Part shown: one piece after another, positions 9,790 to 19,081 of the stretch
Layout: every line of letters begins with the position of its first letter
Numbering within the stretch: the first letter of the stretch is position 1
DNA from: a virus
Lineage: Duplodnaviria; Caudoviricetes
Length of the DNA stretch: 40,611 nucleotides
Reading direction: 5' to 3' (one strand)
Virus record (IMG/VR): IMGVR_UViG_3300015259_000008
Location: 1 to 40,611 of that record
The notes under the pieces: generated by a model
The model's input: only the letters and a program-made list of their open reading frames with translations
Databases searched by the model: none
What the model was told of the DNA's origin: nothing
Program-made: the position numbers and the translations under genes

Positions 9790-10493
9790 TACAACTTCGC
9801 GATGTATGCCAAGGTGTAGAACGGCGGGCGGTTCTCGTGCGCAGCTCCACCGCCTTGAGACGCTATGGACAACGAATGGCTGTGGTTCGGAATAGTGTTT
9901 CCGTCATAAGTCGCTCCGTTCGGAACGTTATCACCTCCACGCACACGGTTGTTATCGTTCCCTGTTCCGAAGAGACTGATGACTCCAAGACTTGCATTCA
10001 CGCTACCAGTCGTTGAACCCGGATGAGCATGTGCAGGCATCTCAGCTTCGGTCAAGACGTGAGTCTTTTCTCCGCCGGTATCTCCGATGGCGTTGTAGTC
10101 TGCATCACCAGCGTCGTAGCCGGCAATGAACTTGCCACTGAGATTCGGCGGTGTGTACCCTGTTGGAGCATGCAGTACACCATTGCAAAGCACCCATCCA
10201 GCAGGGATGCTTCCAATGGTCCCAGACCACATCATCACTACGCCCTGGGGAATTTCTCGAACCCAGCCGGTAGTGTTTCCAGGTGTTCCTGTGAATACCC
10301 AGAAGGCATGTCGGAGGGTATCGTAATGCCGTTGGCCTACCCAGCGCCCAACGAACACGCCTTCAGGACTGGTCGTACTGGTGTACCTCAAGCGAGCATC
10401 TAGAGCATCGAATCCACCGTTGAGCCCAACATGCCAGTCAGAATCGCTCAGATCTTGCTTGTTGACACCGACAGGGAGCTGTGTTACTGCCAT
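9789..10493 (-). CDS. Tail fibre with phage tail-collar domain
   Basis: IPQGVVMMWSG..IPAGWVLCNG...PNLSGKF...GDTGGEKTHVLTEAEMPAHAH...HENRPPFYTLAYI is the collar/short-fibre signature. Confidence 0.85.
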   Translation of the reverse strand: MAVTQLPVGVNKQDLSDSDWHVGLNGGFDALDARLRYTSTTSPEGVFVGRWVGQRHYDTLRHAFWVFTGTPGNTTGWVREIPQGVVMMWSGTIGSIPAGWVLCNGVLHAPTGYTPPNLSGKFIAGYDAGDADYNAIGDTGGEKTHVLTEAEMPAHAHPGSTTGSVNASLGVISLFGTGNDNNRVRGGDNVPNGATYDGNTIPNHSHSLSIASQGGGAAHENRPPFYTLAYIAKL

Positions 10494-10496
10494 TTC

Positions 10497-10940
10497 TCAC
10501 CCTATGGTAATGGTCCAGTTGATTGCGACTACCAGTCCAACATCGAATGAGAAGGACTGAGGAAGAAACCTTGCGTACATGACACCAGCTGCAACGAGGC
10601 TAAAGATCCCCATTTCCAGTATGGTCTCAGCACTGACTCCACTGGCAGCACTTCCAGTAAAAGCGCAGACGCTTCCATTGCGCGCACCTGTAAGTGCAGC
10701 TCTTGCTACTACTACACTCTCTGTCAAGAGAGCGACCTGCGAAGCATCGACGGCTCCGCCATTGGTCCCGAAGGCAACGAAGGAGGGCTTTGCCGGAGGT
10801 GAGCCATCTGCATTGAACCTGTGCATGATGGCGTCTTTGCCGACAGTAGTGATAAGATTCTCACCACTGATGATTCGTTCGAGCTTCGGACCCCTATAGA
10901 GCTTGAGCTCAACGAAGCCTTTGACCTTGAGTTCACTCAT
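10497..10940 (-). CDS. Tail-fibre-associated structural protein
   Basis: Start re-called to ATG 10940 (GGGAG RBS). Motifs ENLITTVGK, VAFGT, ILEMGIF, MYARF and INWTITIG recur in small phage tail proteins. Confidence 0.55.
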   Translation of the reverse strand: MSELKVKGFVELKLYRGPKLERIISGENLITTVGKDAIMHRFNADGSPPAKPSFVAFGTNGGAVDASQVALLTESVVVARAALTGARNGSVCAFTGSAASGVSAETILEMGIFSLVAAGVMYARFLPQSFSFDVGLVVAINWTITIG

Positions 10941-11374
10941 GTAGGCTCCCAAAGGAGGTCCTTTTTATGAAAAGAACCTGAGGCTCCGGCACCAAGCCCA
11001 TAGCGGATCTTTCGGCCATCGTACCACGAGGCTCCCGACCACCCAGCAACGGCCTCTGCCATGTCATCAGCGGCAGATCGCTCGATTGGTCTGGTAGAAC
11101 CGTTTGGAAGAGTCCAAACGGCATCTTTCCTGTAACCCCCATCATGGAACAGAGCCATTGTCAGGAGCTGAAGAGGAGTTGCATCCAATACTCCCCACAG
11201 GATGTTCGGAACTGAGGCCCCATCAGACCACAGCCCCGCTCCTAGATGCAGCATCAACGTGCCATAGGGCCCAGCGTTGAATGCTCCTGACAGATTCTCT
11301 GTCAGTCTTACGAGGCCCCGTTGAGACCAGTTCTCAACCCGGGGCCTCGGAGACATGATGGAAAGGACCTTCAC
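10937..11374 (-). CDS. DUF1353-family protein
   Basis: SDGASVP..LW, HDGGYR and RSAADD match the DUF1353 pattern (TD.ASIP, HD..Y, R..AD). Confidence 0.75.
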   Translation of the reverse strand: MKVLSIMSPRPRVENWSQRGLVRLTENLSGAFNAGPYGTLMLHLGAGLWSDGASVPNILWGVLDATPLQLLTMALFHDGGYRKDAVWTLPNGSTRPIERSAADDMAEAVAGWSGASWYDGRKIRYGLGAGASGSFHKKDLLWEPT

Positions 11375-11577
11375 ACCTTCTCGTTCATCTCACCCATCTT
11401 GATGGAGGCGCCGCCCCCACCAAGGAGCATGACCAAGAGGGCTCGAAACTCGGGGCTGGCAACTCCCACGTCGCGCAGAACCTCAGCCCCCGATGAGGTG
11501 GAGGCCCCCAGAGCCAGGCCGATTGCCACCACTCGAATCACCTGCTTGACCATCGTTCTACTAATATTGACCGTCAA
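11371..11577 (-). CDS. Small membrane protein, candidate holin
   Basis: Two hydrophobic segments and a charged tail, directly after the endolysin; start uncertain (TTG 11577 or ATG 11553). Confidence 0.4.
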   Translation of the reverse strand: MTVNISRTMVKQVIRVVAIGLALGASTSSGAEVLRDVGVASPEFRALLVMLLGGGGASIKMGEMNEKV

Positions 11578-11585
11578 GGCTCCCC

Positions 11586-12050
11586 CTATGTCGGATATTT
11601 CTCCGACGTGTAGAACAGGATCTCGCGCGCACGGCGGCTCAGCAGGCCCCTGCGGTCCTTGCCGCCGTCAGTGTTCCACTTGATCAATTCCTCAGCGGCG
11701 TCGTTCCACCGGCGCTCGTTGAGAGCAATGAGGGCTCTGGAGGGCCGAGGCTTCTTATCGACTAGGAATTCCAGGCCACCACAGTTGAACTCGAAGCTCA
11801 CCAGGGCATCGTACATGCCCTGAGTGATGGTGACCTTGACGAGGCGATCAACTTCGCGCTCTGCCTTGACAATGTCTACGTCGAACCAGAGCTGAGCCTT
11901 CTTAAGGTCGCAGTCGGGGTTACCGAAGGCCACGTCAGGCCCGGTGTGTCCCCAGCCCTGGGTAGCCACACCGTTGCCATCGTCGTAGACTTTCGCTGAG
12001 AAAGTCTCTTCCTCTCGAATTGCCATCCTGAGCTTTGCACTAGCCTTCAT
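11586..12050 (-). CDS. Endolysin, GH24 (T4/P22-type) lysozyme
   Basis: Catalytic E-x8-D-x5-T (ETFSAKVYDDGNGVAT), GWGHT, YDALVSFEFNCG, GLLSRRARE. Confidence 0.92.
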   Translation of the reverse strand: MKASAKLRMAIREEETFSAKVYDDGNGVATQGWGHTGPDVAFGNPDCDLKKAQLWFDVDIVKAEREVDRLVKVTITQGMYDALVSFEFNCGGLEFLVDKKPRPSRALIALNERRWNDAAEELIKWNTDGGKDRRGLLSRRAREILFYTSEKYPT

Positions 12051-12492
12051 TCATCCACCCGAAGAATCTGTCGATGAAAGTCTCTGCTTTTGCCTCGCGC
12101 TGCGGTTCCCGAATTGGAGCTCTATGAGAGCTGTCTTCAAGCTCAAACCCCAGCCCACGCATGGCAGCGGTATTCTTGTTCAGCTCCCGTATAAGCTGCT
12201 CAATAATGCGAACCTGCTCCCGATCCTGAGCCCGCATCTCTTGGCGTATCACAGTCCACATCGGGGCAAAAGTGGTTGGGTCGCGAGGTGCGTATCCGAG
12301 CGTCAGCTCCGAAAGCATCCGATTCTGCTCGTGTATGAGAGCATAGATATTCGGATCAGTCTTCGGGGTGGGCCCAAACCCAAAGTCCTTGAGGAACTGG
12401 AAGATGATGAAAAGTAGAAACGCGGAGCCAAGCACCGACGGCGACACTTTGGACCACAGGCTCTTAGGATCGGGCGGAAGCTGCATCAGCAA
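12040..12492 (-). CDS. Single-pass membrane protein in the lysis cassette (holin, antiholin or spanin-like)
   Basis: One TM segment (VLGSAFLLFIIFQFL) followed by a helical domain; overlaps the endolysin start; AGGAG RBS. Confidence 0.45.
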   Translation of the reverse strand: MLMQLPPDPKSLWSKVSPSVLGSAFLLFIIFQFLKDFGFGPTPKTDPNIYALIHEQNRMLSELTLGYAPRDPTTFAPMWTVIRQEMRAQDREQVRIIEQLIRELNKNTAAMRGLGFELEDSSHRAPIREPQREAKAETFIDRFFGWMNEG

Positions 12493-12521
12493 GATCTCCT
12501 GCTACGGCGGCAACTGATCTA

Positions 12522-13817
12522 CTAGTTACCAGTTTCCCCGGTGATGAGCTTCGTTCTGCCGAGAAACGCCTCTGCGTTGTTCGTGCCTCCGGTCTTCGAA
12601 CAGACCGTTACGAATGGAACAAGGTCCGAGCCGTTCGCCGGAGCCCCCGTCGTCAACACCTCCAAGAATGGCGTCCAGGCCACGCTTCGCATGATGGAAA
12701 GCCCGTGGTCATAGGCTCCGAACTTGAGCGCATTGTCGCCAGTGGCCACTTGATGGTTTCCCGTCACGCTCGACAAGATCGCTCGGCGCTGACCGACGAA
12801 GTTCGAGAATTCAGACGCATTCGTAAGATCCCACATCACTCGAGTTGTGAGTGCGTTGGACCTGATCCAAACGGAGTAGAACTTCTGCGTCGGCCCATGC
12901 CAGAGCACACCGAAGCCATTCACTACGTTCGCCTGAATGACCGCAGCGTCGGCGCTCGCCACGCCAGCGGGGTCGATCAGGATGTTCGCGTTCCCGACGA
13001 TGTCCTCGTCGGTGAAGCCGTAGAAGACGATGCTGTCCTGTACCTCATCTTCGGCGACCGAGACCGAAGGATTGTCCGACATAGCTACCTGCCACAGAGC
13101 CAGGTAGGTCATGCCGGCCTCGATGGTGAAGTGACTCGAGATCCCTCCGCCTGCGAATTGCATCTGTGAGCAGTCGCCGGGTGCTACGTCGCCGAGCCGC
13201 AACCACGGATCAGGCCAGTCGATCGTCGAGTGAAAGTAGTAATCAAACGGACCTGGGTCAGCAATAAGCGTCGCGTATCCCCAATGCTGAGTCGTGCCCT
13301 TGTAGGGTGTGGTGTAGTAAGCTGCCCCATTGTGCTTGCACTGGCATAGAACGCCGATGCCACCCCCAAGACCTGAGCAGTCCGAGGTGTCGGTCACGAA
13401 GGCAACCGACTCGACCCCAGCCGCGTTGCAGGCGGCTGCAAAGGCGGCATCTCCGATGAAGCCAGTGGATCCGATGTTCAAGGCCGGCTCGAGTCCTGAG
13501 TAGTCGTAGACCCGAATCTGCTCATCGTTGATCCGTGACTCGAACAGCGGCCACACCGAGTCAAGCGTCGTGTCACCGGCTACAGGAGAGGCGGCAGGAG
13601 AGACAAAGCTGGTGACGCCACCCACACCTCCACTATACCAGACCTTATCACCTGCAGTAAGGCAGTGCCAGATGATCTCCGTAGTGGTGTCCAGGTAGAT
13701 CTCACCAGCGGTGCTACAACCAGCGTTCCCATTGGGATCACCCGCGCCAGACTTGGCGGCCGCAAAGCTTGAGGTAGCAAGGAAGAGCGCAAGCAGGATG
13801 GGCAGAAGTTTAAACAT
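12522..13817 (-). CDS. Signal-peptide-bearing spike/fibre-like protein A (431 aa)
   Basis: GAGGAG RBS; Sec signal MFKLLPILLALFLATSSFA; 44-aa module shared with the 19971-21773 gene; 8 Cys; beta-rich C-terminus. Confidence 0.65.
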   Translation of the reverse strand: MFKLLPILLALFLATSSFAAAKSGAGDPNGNAGCSTAGEIYLDTTTEIIWHCLTAGDKVWYSGGVGGVTSFVSPAASPVAGDTTLDSVWPLFESRINDEQIRVYDYSGLEPALNIGSTGFIGDAAFAAACNAAGVESVAFVTDTSDCSGLGGGIGVLCQCKHNGAAYYTTPYKGTTQHWGYATLIADPGPFDYYFHSTIDWPDPWLRLGDVAPGDCSQMQFAGGGISSHFTIEAGMTYLALWQVAMSDNPSVSVAEDEVQDSIVFYGFTDEDIVGNANILIDPAGVASADAAVIQANVVNGFGVLWHGPTQKFYSVWIRSNALTTRVMWDLTNASEFSNFVGQRRAILSSVTGNHQVATGDNALKFGAYDHGLSIMRSVAWTPFLEVLTTGAPANGSDLVPFVTVCSKTGGTNNAEAFLGRTKLITGETGN

Positions 13818-13819
13818 CG

Positions 13820-14437
13820 TTACTCCTCAATGCTGAATGCAAAGTCGGAATCAAGAAGGGTCTTAAGTCCCTCTTGATACTGAGCCTGATAGAACTGCTG
13901 AAGCTCAGGATCTTTCGTCACTGAGCCCAGGTTCATGATTGAGCGGGCCAAGAGCACATCCTCAGCTCGGTCGATGAGCGGGTGCTCGAAGTCAGCAAAG
14001 TTGTTAGTAGGCCAAGCTGTAAGTACTACCAACCAGACATGGATGTCGATATCTTCCGTAAGAGGAAGCAGCGGCTTGATCCAAGTCTCGGAGTTGGCGT
14101 CGACAAACTTCAGCACAGGCAACTTCTGCTCAAATTCCTCATCGTCCAAGATGGCATGAGGATCAGACGTAAAGGCTACCTGCTTGATACCTACCAAGGT
14201 TTCAAACTCTCGAACCTCACCAGAGATGATAGTCTTGACACGTCGACCAAGACTCACAGCTACCGGATCTTCTGCGGTTGCGAAGGTCAAGGTAACTTGG
14301 GCCTTCATGTACTGGAAGTTGTAGTTGCGCTCCAAGAACAGCGCAGCTTGCCGAACGAGAGTAGGAATCCTAGTATCCTGGACTCCACCCTCGTTCGCAA
14401 AGTCGTCTATCAGAGCATGAAAGTCATTAAGGTTCAT
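13820..14437 (-). CDS. Head-tail adaptor (tail tubular protein A-like)
   Basis: Start re-called to ATG 14437 (GGAG RBS). RIPTLVRQAALFLER.YNFQYMK and PLIDRAEDVLL patterns; directly after the capsid gene. Confidence 0.7.
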   Translation of the reverse strand: MNLNDFHALIDDFANEGGVQDTRIPTLVRQAALFLERNYNFQYMKAQVTLTFATAEDPVAVSLGRRVKTIISGEVREFETLVGIKQVAFTSDPHAILDDEEFEQKLPVLKFVDANSETWIKPLLPLTEDIDIHVWLVVLTAWPTNNFADFEHPLIDRAEDVLLARSIMNLGSVTKDPELQQFYQAQYQEGLKTLLDSDFAFSIEE

Positions 14438-14472
14438 GAGGGCTCCAGAGGAAGGGGCCTGATGATACATAT

Positions 14473-14488
14473 TGGGCGTTTTCGCCCA
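14473..14488. repeat. 16-bp palindrome TGGGCG-TTTT-CGCCCA (copy 1 of 3)
   Basis: Seen directly; related copies at 27014-27029 and 31985-32000. Confidence 0.8.
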
Positions 14489-14525
14489 TTACATACCACC
14501 AGGCCCCCAGCGGGGCTAGCTTCCC

Positions 14526-15761
14526 CTAGGCGTCCTTCTCGGCGACGGTGAACTTCTTGATCCAGCCGAAGGTGTCCGGGTGATGCCACTCGTAACCACC
14601 TTCCGTCAGGTAGCCCGAGAGCATTCCGTCCAGCCCGTTGGCCTGGAGGTTCGACTCGAACTGAGTGTCCGAGCCCTGCAGGAACCGCCACTTGATGCTC
14701 GCCATGTCCAGGATGACCATGGACGAGTCCATCCCGAAGTAAGGCGTAGCTGCCGTGATACCGCCTGTGATCCGATCGAACAGCGGGTGACGCTTGATCA
14801 CCAGCGTTCCGAACGGAGTGTCAAGGCGCATGACGCTGATCCCGTACTCCTTCTCCTTGGCGGAGATGTTGTACTGGGTGTTGATACGAACCAGCGTCTG
14901 GAGAGTCAGCAGCGCTCTGGTTCCACAGAACGCAACCTTCTCCGTACTGCCGAAGCGGAACATCCGCTCCAGAATCGTCTCGAAGGTGACCATGTCCTGG
15001 TTCGTCTCAGCGAGCCAGTCCACGATCTGATCTGCGGGCGTGTTCAGCGTGATGAAGTCCAGAAGCCCCTGGGTGTACCGACGAGGTGTGGTACCAGCCA
15101 GATCCTCGGCCTTCTTGCCGAAGATGCAGCCGCGTTCCATCTCCACCGAGTGATACTCCAGGCACTCCCGCTTGGACTCGGCGACCTGCTGACCCGTCCG
15201 AAGGCGGGTCTGCTTGGCAGTTCGCGTCATACCGAGCGTGTTCCGGAAGATCTGGGTGAAGTTGTTGCGCTTGATCGGGTTCCGGCTGATTGCCGACGGA
15301 GCCCCCGACCCTTCCTCGTGCGCAGTACCGATCACCAGCAGATTCGGGTTCACACCAGCACCACCGAAGGTGATGGCCGTCCCTGCCGTTCCCGCCTGAC
15401 CACGAGCCACCGTGACTGTGGTATAGGGCGAGACCGGATCTGCCGTCAGCCGCATGATCTCGCCCGTCTGCTCCGCATAGAGCAGATGGCCGGTGCGGAC
15501 TCCGGAGCCGTCCACCACCGGAATGGCAGTGGCGACGTTGGTGATCGAAGCGGTCAGGGCGAGTCGCTGGTCGTCGAACTTCTTCTCGAACCAGTTGAAC
15601 TCGGGGTCCGTCGCGACCTTCTTGGACATGACGGTTCGCAGGGCCGTGAGCGGTGCCTGCTGCTTCGTGGCCGGAAAGAGAAGAAGGATGGTCTCGAGCC
15701 AATCCTTCGGGCGCTGGTCCGCTTGCCAGTCGTCCGTTGCGCGCAAGCCTTGAATGGCCAT
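14526..15761 (-). CDS. Major capsid protein (DUF5309/SU10-type HK97 fold)
   Basis: 411 aa, strong codon bias; TDPEFNWFE, GTAHEEGS, NFTQIFRNT, HSVEMER, TPFGTLVIKRHP; follows the scaffold gene. Confidence 0.9.
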   Translation of the reverse strand: MAIQGLRATDDWQADQRPKDWLETILLLFPATKQQAPLTALRTVMSKKVATDPEFNWFEKKFDDQRLALTASITNVATAIPVVDGSGVRTGHLLYAEQTGEIMRLTADPVSPYTTVTVARGQAGTAGTAITFGGAGVNPNLLVIGTAHEEGSGAPSAISRNPIKRNNFTQIFRNTLGMTRTAKQTRLRTGQQVAESKRECLEYHSVEMERGCIFGKKAEDLAGTTPRRYTQGLLDFITLNTPADQIVDWLAETNQDMVTFETILERMFRFGSTEKVAFCGTRALLTLQTLVRINTQYNISAKEKEYGISVMRLDTPFGTLVIKRHPLFDRITGGITAATPYFGMDSSMVILDMASIKWRFLQGSDTQFESNLQANGLDGMLSGYLTEGGYEWHHPDTFGWIKKFTVAEKDA

Positions 15762-15763
15762 TG

Positions 15764-16744
15764 CTATTTCACTCCGAAAACTACTTCATTGATGTGAGCT
15801 TCCTGCGTACCCGGTTCAGGCTGAGCTTCCCGCGCGGGCCTGACGCTCGAGCCGCGCATTTGCGGCGGAGCGTTCGGACGCCGCGGCGTGGTAGCGGGCG
15901 GGGCAGGGGCCACGACTCGCTGCTCGGCCGAGGGCGGTGGATTTCCACTCACACTGGAAATGATCTGAGAGACTCTCTCTCCGATCTTGTCTCGAAGGCC
16001 CGTGCTCCACTGCGATGCTTGGGTCTCCGAGACCACTGCTTTCGTGGCCGAAGCCACGAGGTCGCGCAGTTCAGGTCGATTGAACTGCGGAAATCGTCCG
16101 TAGAAGTCGTTGAACACCGAAGCTGCGGTCTGGGCCCGCTGAGTGTCCGTTGCGAAGGTCTGTCGGGCCGACTGAACAGCCTCGGTCAGCTTGGCCTCGT
16201 ACTCAGAACGAACCTGAGTATGAACGGTCTTGGCCATCCCAGCAATCAGAGCGGCAAGACCACGAGTCTGGACTGCAGGGTCCTCGGATTGCAGCATCTG
16301 CTGAATCTGCTGCGGAACCTCGAAGCCATAATCCGGAATCTCTGCAGCCTTTGGCGGGGCCGGGGCGGCCGCTGGAGCTGCCTGGGGCTTGGCGATCATC
16401 TCCAGGATCTGACGGTTTTGCTCTGCCAGCATCCGGTTCTGCTCGATCAGCTGCTCCACCGTCGGAGCCGGAGGCGGTGCCACAGGAGCCGGCGGAGGAG
16501 TAATCGTCGGCGCCTGAGCCGTGGGAGCCACCGGGGCCGGCGCGGTACCATCGTCCTGCACATCACCCTCGGCCAGAGGGGCATCCGGAACGGCGCCTGC
16601 GGCGAAGGGATCGAAGTTGAACACGTCTTCGTGAGTAAGGTTCGGAGCGTCCTCGAGACCGCCAGGAACGGGCTCCGGAATGGGCTCCGGGGCGGGCTCA
16701 GGAGTCTCCATGATCTCTTCGGTGGAGGGGATTTCGTCAGGCAT
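15764..16744 (-). CDS. Capsid scaffolding protein
   Basis: Start re-called to ATG 16744 (MPDEIPS...), overlapping the upstream stop; acidic, Pro/Ala-rich with a coiled coil; immediately upstream of the capsid gene. Confidence 0.7.
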   Translation of the reverse strand: MPDEIPSTEEIMETPEPAPEPIPEPVPGGLEDAPNLTHEDVFNFDPFAAGAVPDAPLAEGDVQDDGTAPAPVAPTAQAPTITPPPAPVAPPPAPTVEQLIEQNRMLAEQNRQILEMIAKPQAAPAAAPAPPKAAEIPDYGFEVPQQIQQMLQSEDPAVQTRGLAALIAGMAKTVHTQVRSEYEAKLTEAVQSARQTFATDTQRAQTAASVFNDFYGRFPQFNRPELRDLVASATKAVVSETQASQWSTGLRDKIGERVSQIISSVSGNPPPSAEQRVVAPAPPATTPRRPNAPPQMRGSSVRPAREAQPEPGTQEAHINEVVFGVK

Positions 16745-17087
16745 ACTTCTGGTCCTCTTCCTCTTCTTCGGTGATAGGGGTATTGGCCTCTTCAGGCTCC
16801 TCGTTGTCGAGCCCGGAGAGTTCGAAGAGCTTGGCAATGGCCTTCTGAAGTCCCATAGCCTCGCCCTGAATCTTGCCGACCGAGTACAACGCCTTGTCAG
16901 CGTTGTCGTAGAACTTCATGTCCGCCCCGAGCAGGTCCGCGGCGAGTTGACTTCGCTCGAACATGACCTCAGCCAGGACGACCAGCATACTCGGGTGCTG
17001 GAGAAACTGCTTGAGCACAGCCTTGTCATCTGCGGTGATTCCCCGAGACAGCTCAGGCAACCCATCCATGAACTTGTCAAACGTCAC
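16737..17087 (-). CDS. Small helical protein between portal and scaffold
   Basis: GTGA overlap with the portal stop; acidic tail; a gene in this position is common in podovirus head modules. Confidence 0.55.
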   Translation of the reverse strand: MTFDKFMDGLPELSRGITADDKAVLKQFLQHPSMLVVLAEVMFERSQLAADLLGADMKFYDNADKALYSVGKIQGEAMGLQKAIAKLFELSGLDNEEPEEANTPITEEEEEDQKYA

Positions 17088-19081
17088 TGGAGAGCACCCA
17101 TCGCCGGGTCGTAGCCCTGGTCCCCATTGAGCCCCTGGATGATCTCCGGAGTGATCGGAACGAGGTTGCCTTGCTGAGCCTGAGCCTGGACCTGCTGGTC
17201 TGGCATCTGCTGAGTCCGCATGGACTCGATGTTCCTGATGCCTCCGAGCTCCGCTGTGCGCTCGAAAATCTTGCCCAGATCATACCTCTGAGCAAGGGGT
17301 TCGACTTGGAGGAGCATCCCAAACATTTCCTTCCAGACATCCAGCAACGCTACGCGATCCAAGGGCAACGTACCATCATGCACAGGAAAATGGAAGTCAC
17401 CAACCAGCATATCAGGAGTGATACGGATTGGAGCCTGACCCCCTTGTTGGCCTGTGATGGTGATGTAGAACTCATCGCTGAGGTACTGCTGGTTGTTGAT
17501 CGCCATTTGCTCGGCCATAGGCACACAGGCCTGGGCCGAGATAAGCCTCGTCAAATACGCCAACCTGTTGACCGCTGCGGCCGCCGCAGTACGAATCTCC
17601 GTCGCAGTCTTCCGACCACCTGCATCCTGGATACCTGTGAGGTTGTCGGAGGCTCCAGAGATCCGCTCGATGATACCAAGCAAGACCTGGATGTCCTTGA
17701 TGTGGCCGGTAGTGACATCCTGGACCGGGAGCTGACTGATTGCGTTCTTCACGTCCTGACCAAGGGCAGTCCGCTTGAGTCGAATGACCCGAGAAACCTC
17801 GTTGTTCTGGGGCTTCAGGTCTTTCATGACGATCATGTCTGGTGCAACGATCAGGTCGTTGTTGATGACCTTGCGGACGTTGTCCTGGTGGCTGTTGTAG
17901 AGCCACGAAATGGCGTCCTGGAGGGCGGCGATGAAGTCCACCGTACCGGCGTTGCCGAAGCCATAGCCCTGAACCATGGGCTCCGTAATGGCCACAGGGT
18001 GCATTCCGTGGTACGACTCGAAGGGCTCAGCCTGGACGATCTGAGCAGAGTTCAGCATAGTGAACATCCACTTCTCAGGACGTTCGCTGTCACCCAGACC
18101 CAGCTCTCGAGGGATGATCTCGCAGGTACCCTGGTCGACCTTGTAGTTGTCTTTGAGCAAGTACCCCTGGGAGTGCCCGGGGAAGGCCTTGCCACCGAAG
18201 ATCTCGCTTCGCATGGAGTGGGGGTCGGAGTACTGGCTATCCATCGAAGTCCTCGATGGAGTACTCTTGACCCACTTCAAGTGGCCATCGAACTCATCCT
18301 TCAAAAGGCTATGCTTGCCCTCCCAGGTCCGCCAGAAGACGTACTCCCCCGTCTCCGCCACCTCATGCAGCGGAACTCGAGGGTCAGGGAAGAAACCGTA
18401 GGGGTCGATCGAAATGATCTTGTTTCCCTCGTAGCACTTGTGAAGCTCCTTCTCAGTCGCCATCGGCCCAGGAATTTGCTCTCCGAAGAGGCTGTAGCTG
18501 GTCGTAGGCTTCTTGGTAACCTTCATCCGGAACTCAGTGTTCCAGCCAATCCTCCAGCCGGCGAAGCCGTAGATCTGCCAGTCCCAGGCCATGTGTGCGA
18601 AGTTCCGGATGGACCTGGAGTGATCGTGGTTGTACTGGATCACCGTCTCCATGTTCGCTGCATTGGCCAGGTACTCATCCTTGTAGGTCCCTACCTGGAT
18701 GATCGGGTGGCGCCCAGTGAAGGTATGAGTCAGGTATGTGGCGATGGTGGCGACTGTGGCCTGGGTGGTGGGGATGATGATTGAGACAGGCTTCGGAGAC
18801 TCCCCAGCCTGGTTCTTCTTCTTGACCTTCTGTTCGTAGTCGGCCAAGGAAATGTACGCATGGACCTTGAGTTCGTTCTCAATCCAGCGGGGCCAGAAGT
18901 TGGCCATACAGCGCTCGGACTCCTCGACGCGCTTCCGAATGTAATCCAGGACCAGACCATGAGCATCTGAATCCGGCCGCAGCCGGTCGATCGGCCGATC
19001 CTCTCCAGTGACGACCACCTTGGGATAGTCGCGCTCGAAGTTGTTGTCCAGCCCAGGCGGTTCGTCGTAGCCGTTGCTCAT
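17084..19081 (-). CDS. Portal protein (P22/SU10-like)
   Basis: 665 aa; IDPYGFFPDP, LQDAISWLYNSHQDNVRK, ERISGASDNLTG, KTATE, Gln-rich C-terminus; upstream of scaffold and capsid. Confidence 0.88.
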   Translation of the reverse strand: MSNGYDEPPGLDNNFERDYPKVVVTGEDRPIDRLRPDSDAHGLVLDYIRKRVEESERCMANFWPRWIENELKVHAYISLADYEQKVKKKNQAGESPKPVSIIIPTTQATVATIATYLTHTFTGRHPIIQVGTYKDEYLANAANMETVIQYNHDHSRSIRNFAHMAWDWQIYGFAGWRIGWNTEFRMKVTKKPTTSYSLFGEQIPGPMATEKELHKCYEGNKIISIDPYGFFPDPRVPLHEVAETGEYVFWRTWEGKHSLLKDEFDGHLKWVKSTPSRTSMDSQYSDPHSMRSEIFGGKAFPGHSQGYLLKDNYKVDQGTCEIIPRELGLGDSERPEKWMFTMLNSAQIVQAEPFESYHGMHPVAITEPMVQGYGFGNAGTVDFIAALQDAISWLYNSHQDNVRKVINNDLIVAPDMIVMKDLKPQNNEVSRVIRLKRTALGQDVKNAISQLPVQDVTTGHIKDIQVLLGIIERISGASDNLTGIQDAGGRKTATEIRTAAAAAVNRLAYLTRLISAQACVPMAEQMAINNQQYLSDEFYITITGQQGGQAPIRITPDMLVGDFHFPVHDGTLPLDRVALLDVWKEMFGMLLQVEPLAQRYDLGKIFERTAELGGIRNIESMRTQQMPDQQVQAQAQQGNLVPITPEIIQGLNGDQGYDPAMGALQ

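Noticed and set aside
12466-13808. Direct repeats flanking protein A like those around tailspike B
   Set aside because: Only a weak, gapped similarity between the two gene starts (CTTCTGCCCATCCT vs CTTCCGCCCGATCCT); not convincing.
14430-14528. Stop readthrough or frameshift extension of the major capsid protein
   Set aside because: Readthrough of the TAG gives only a short featureless tail, and I saw no slippery sequence.
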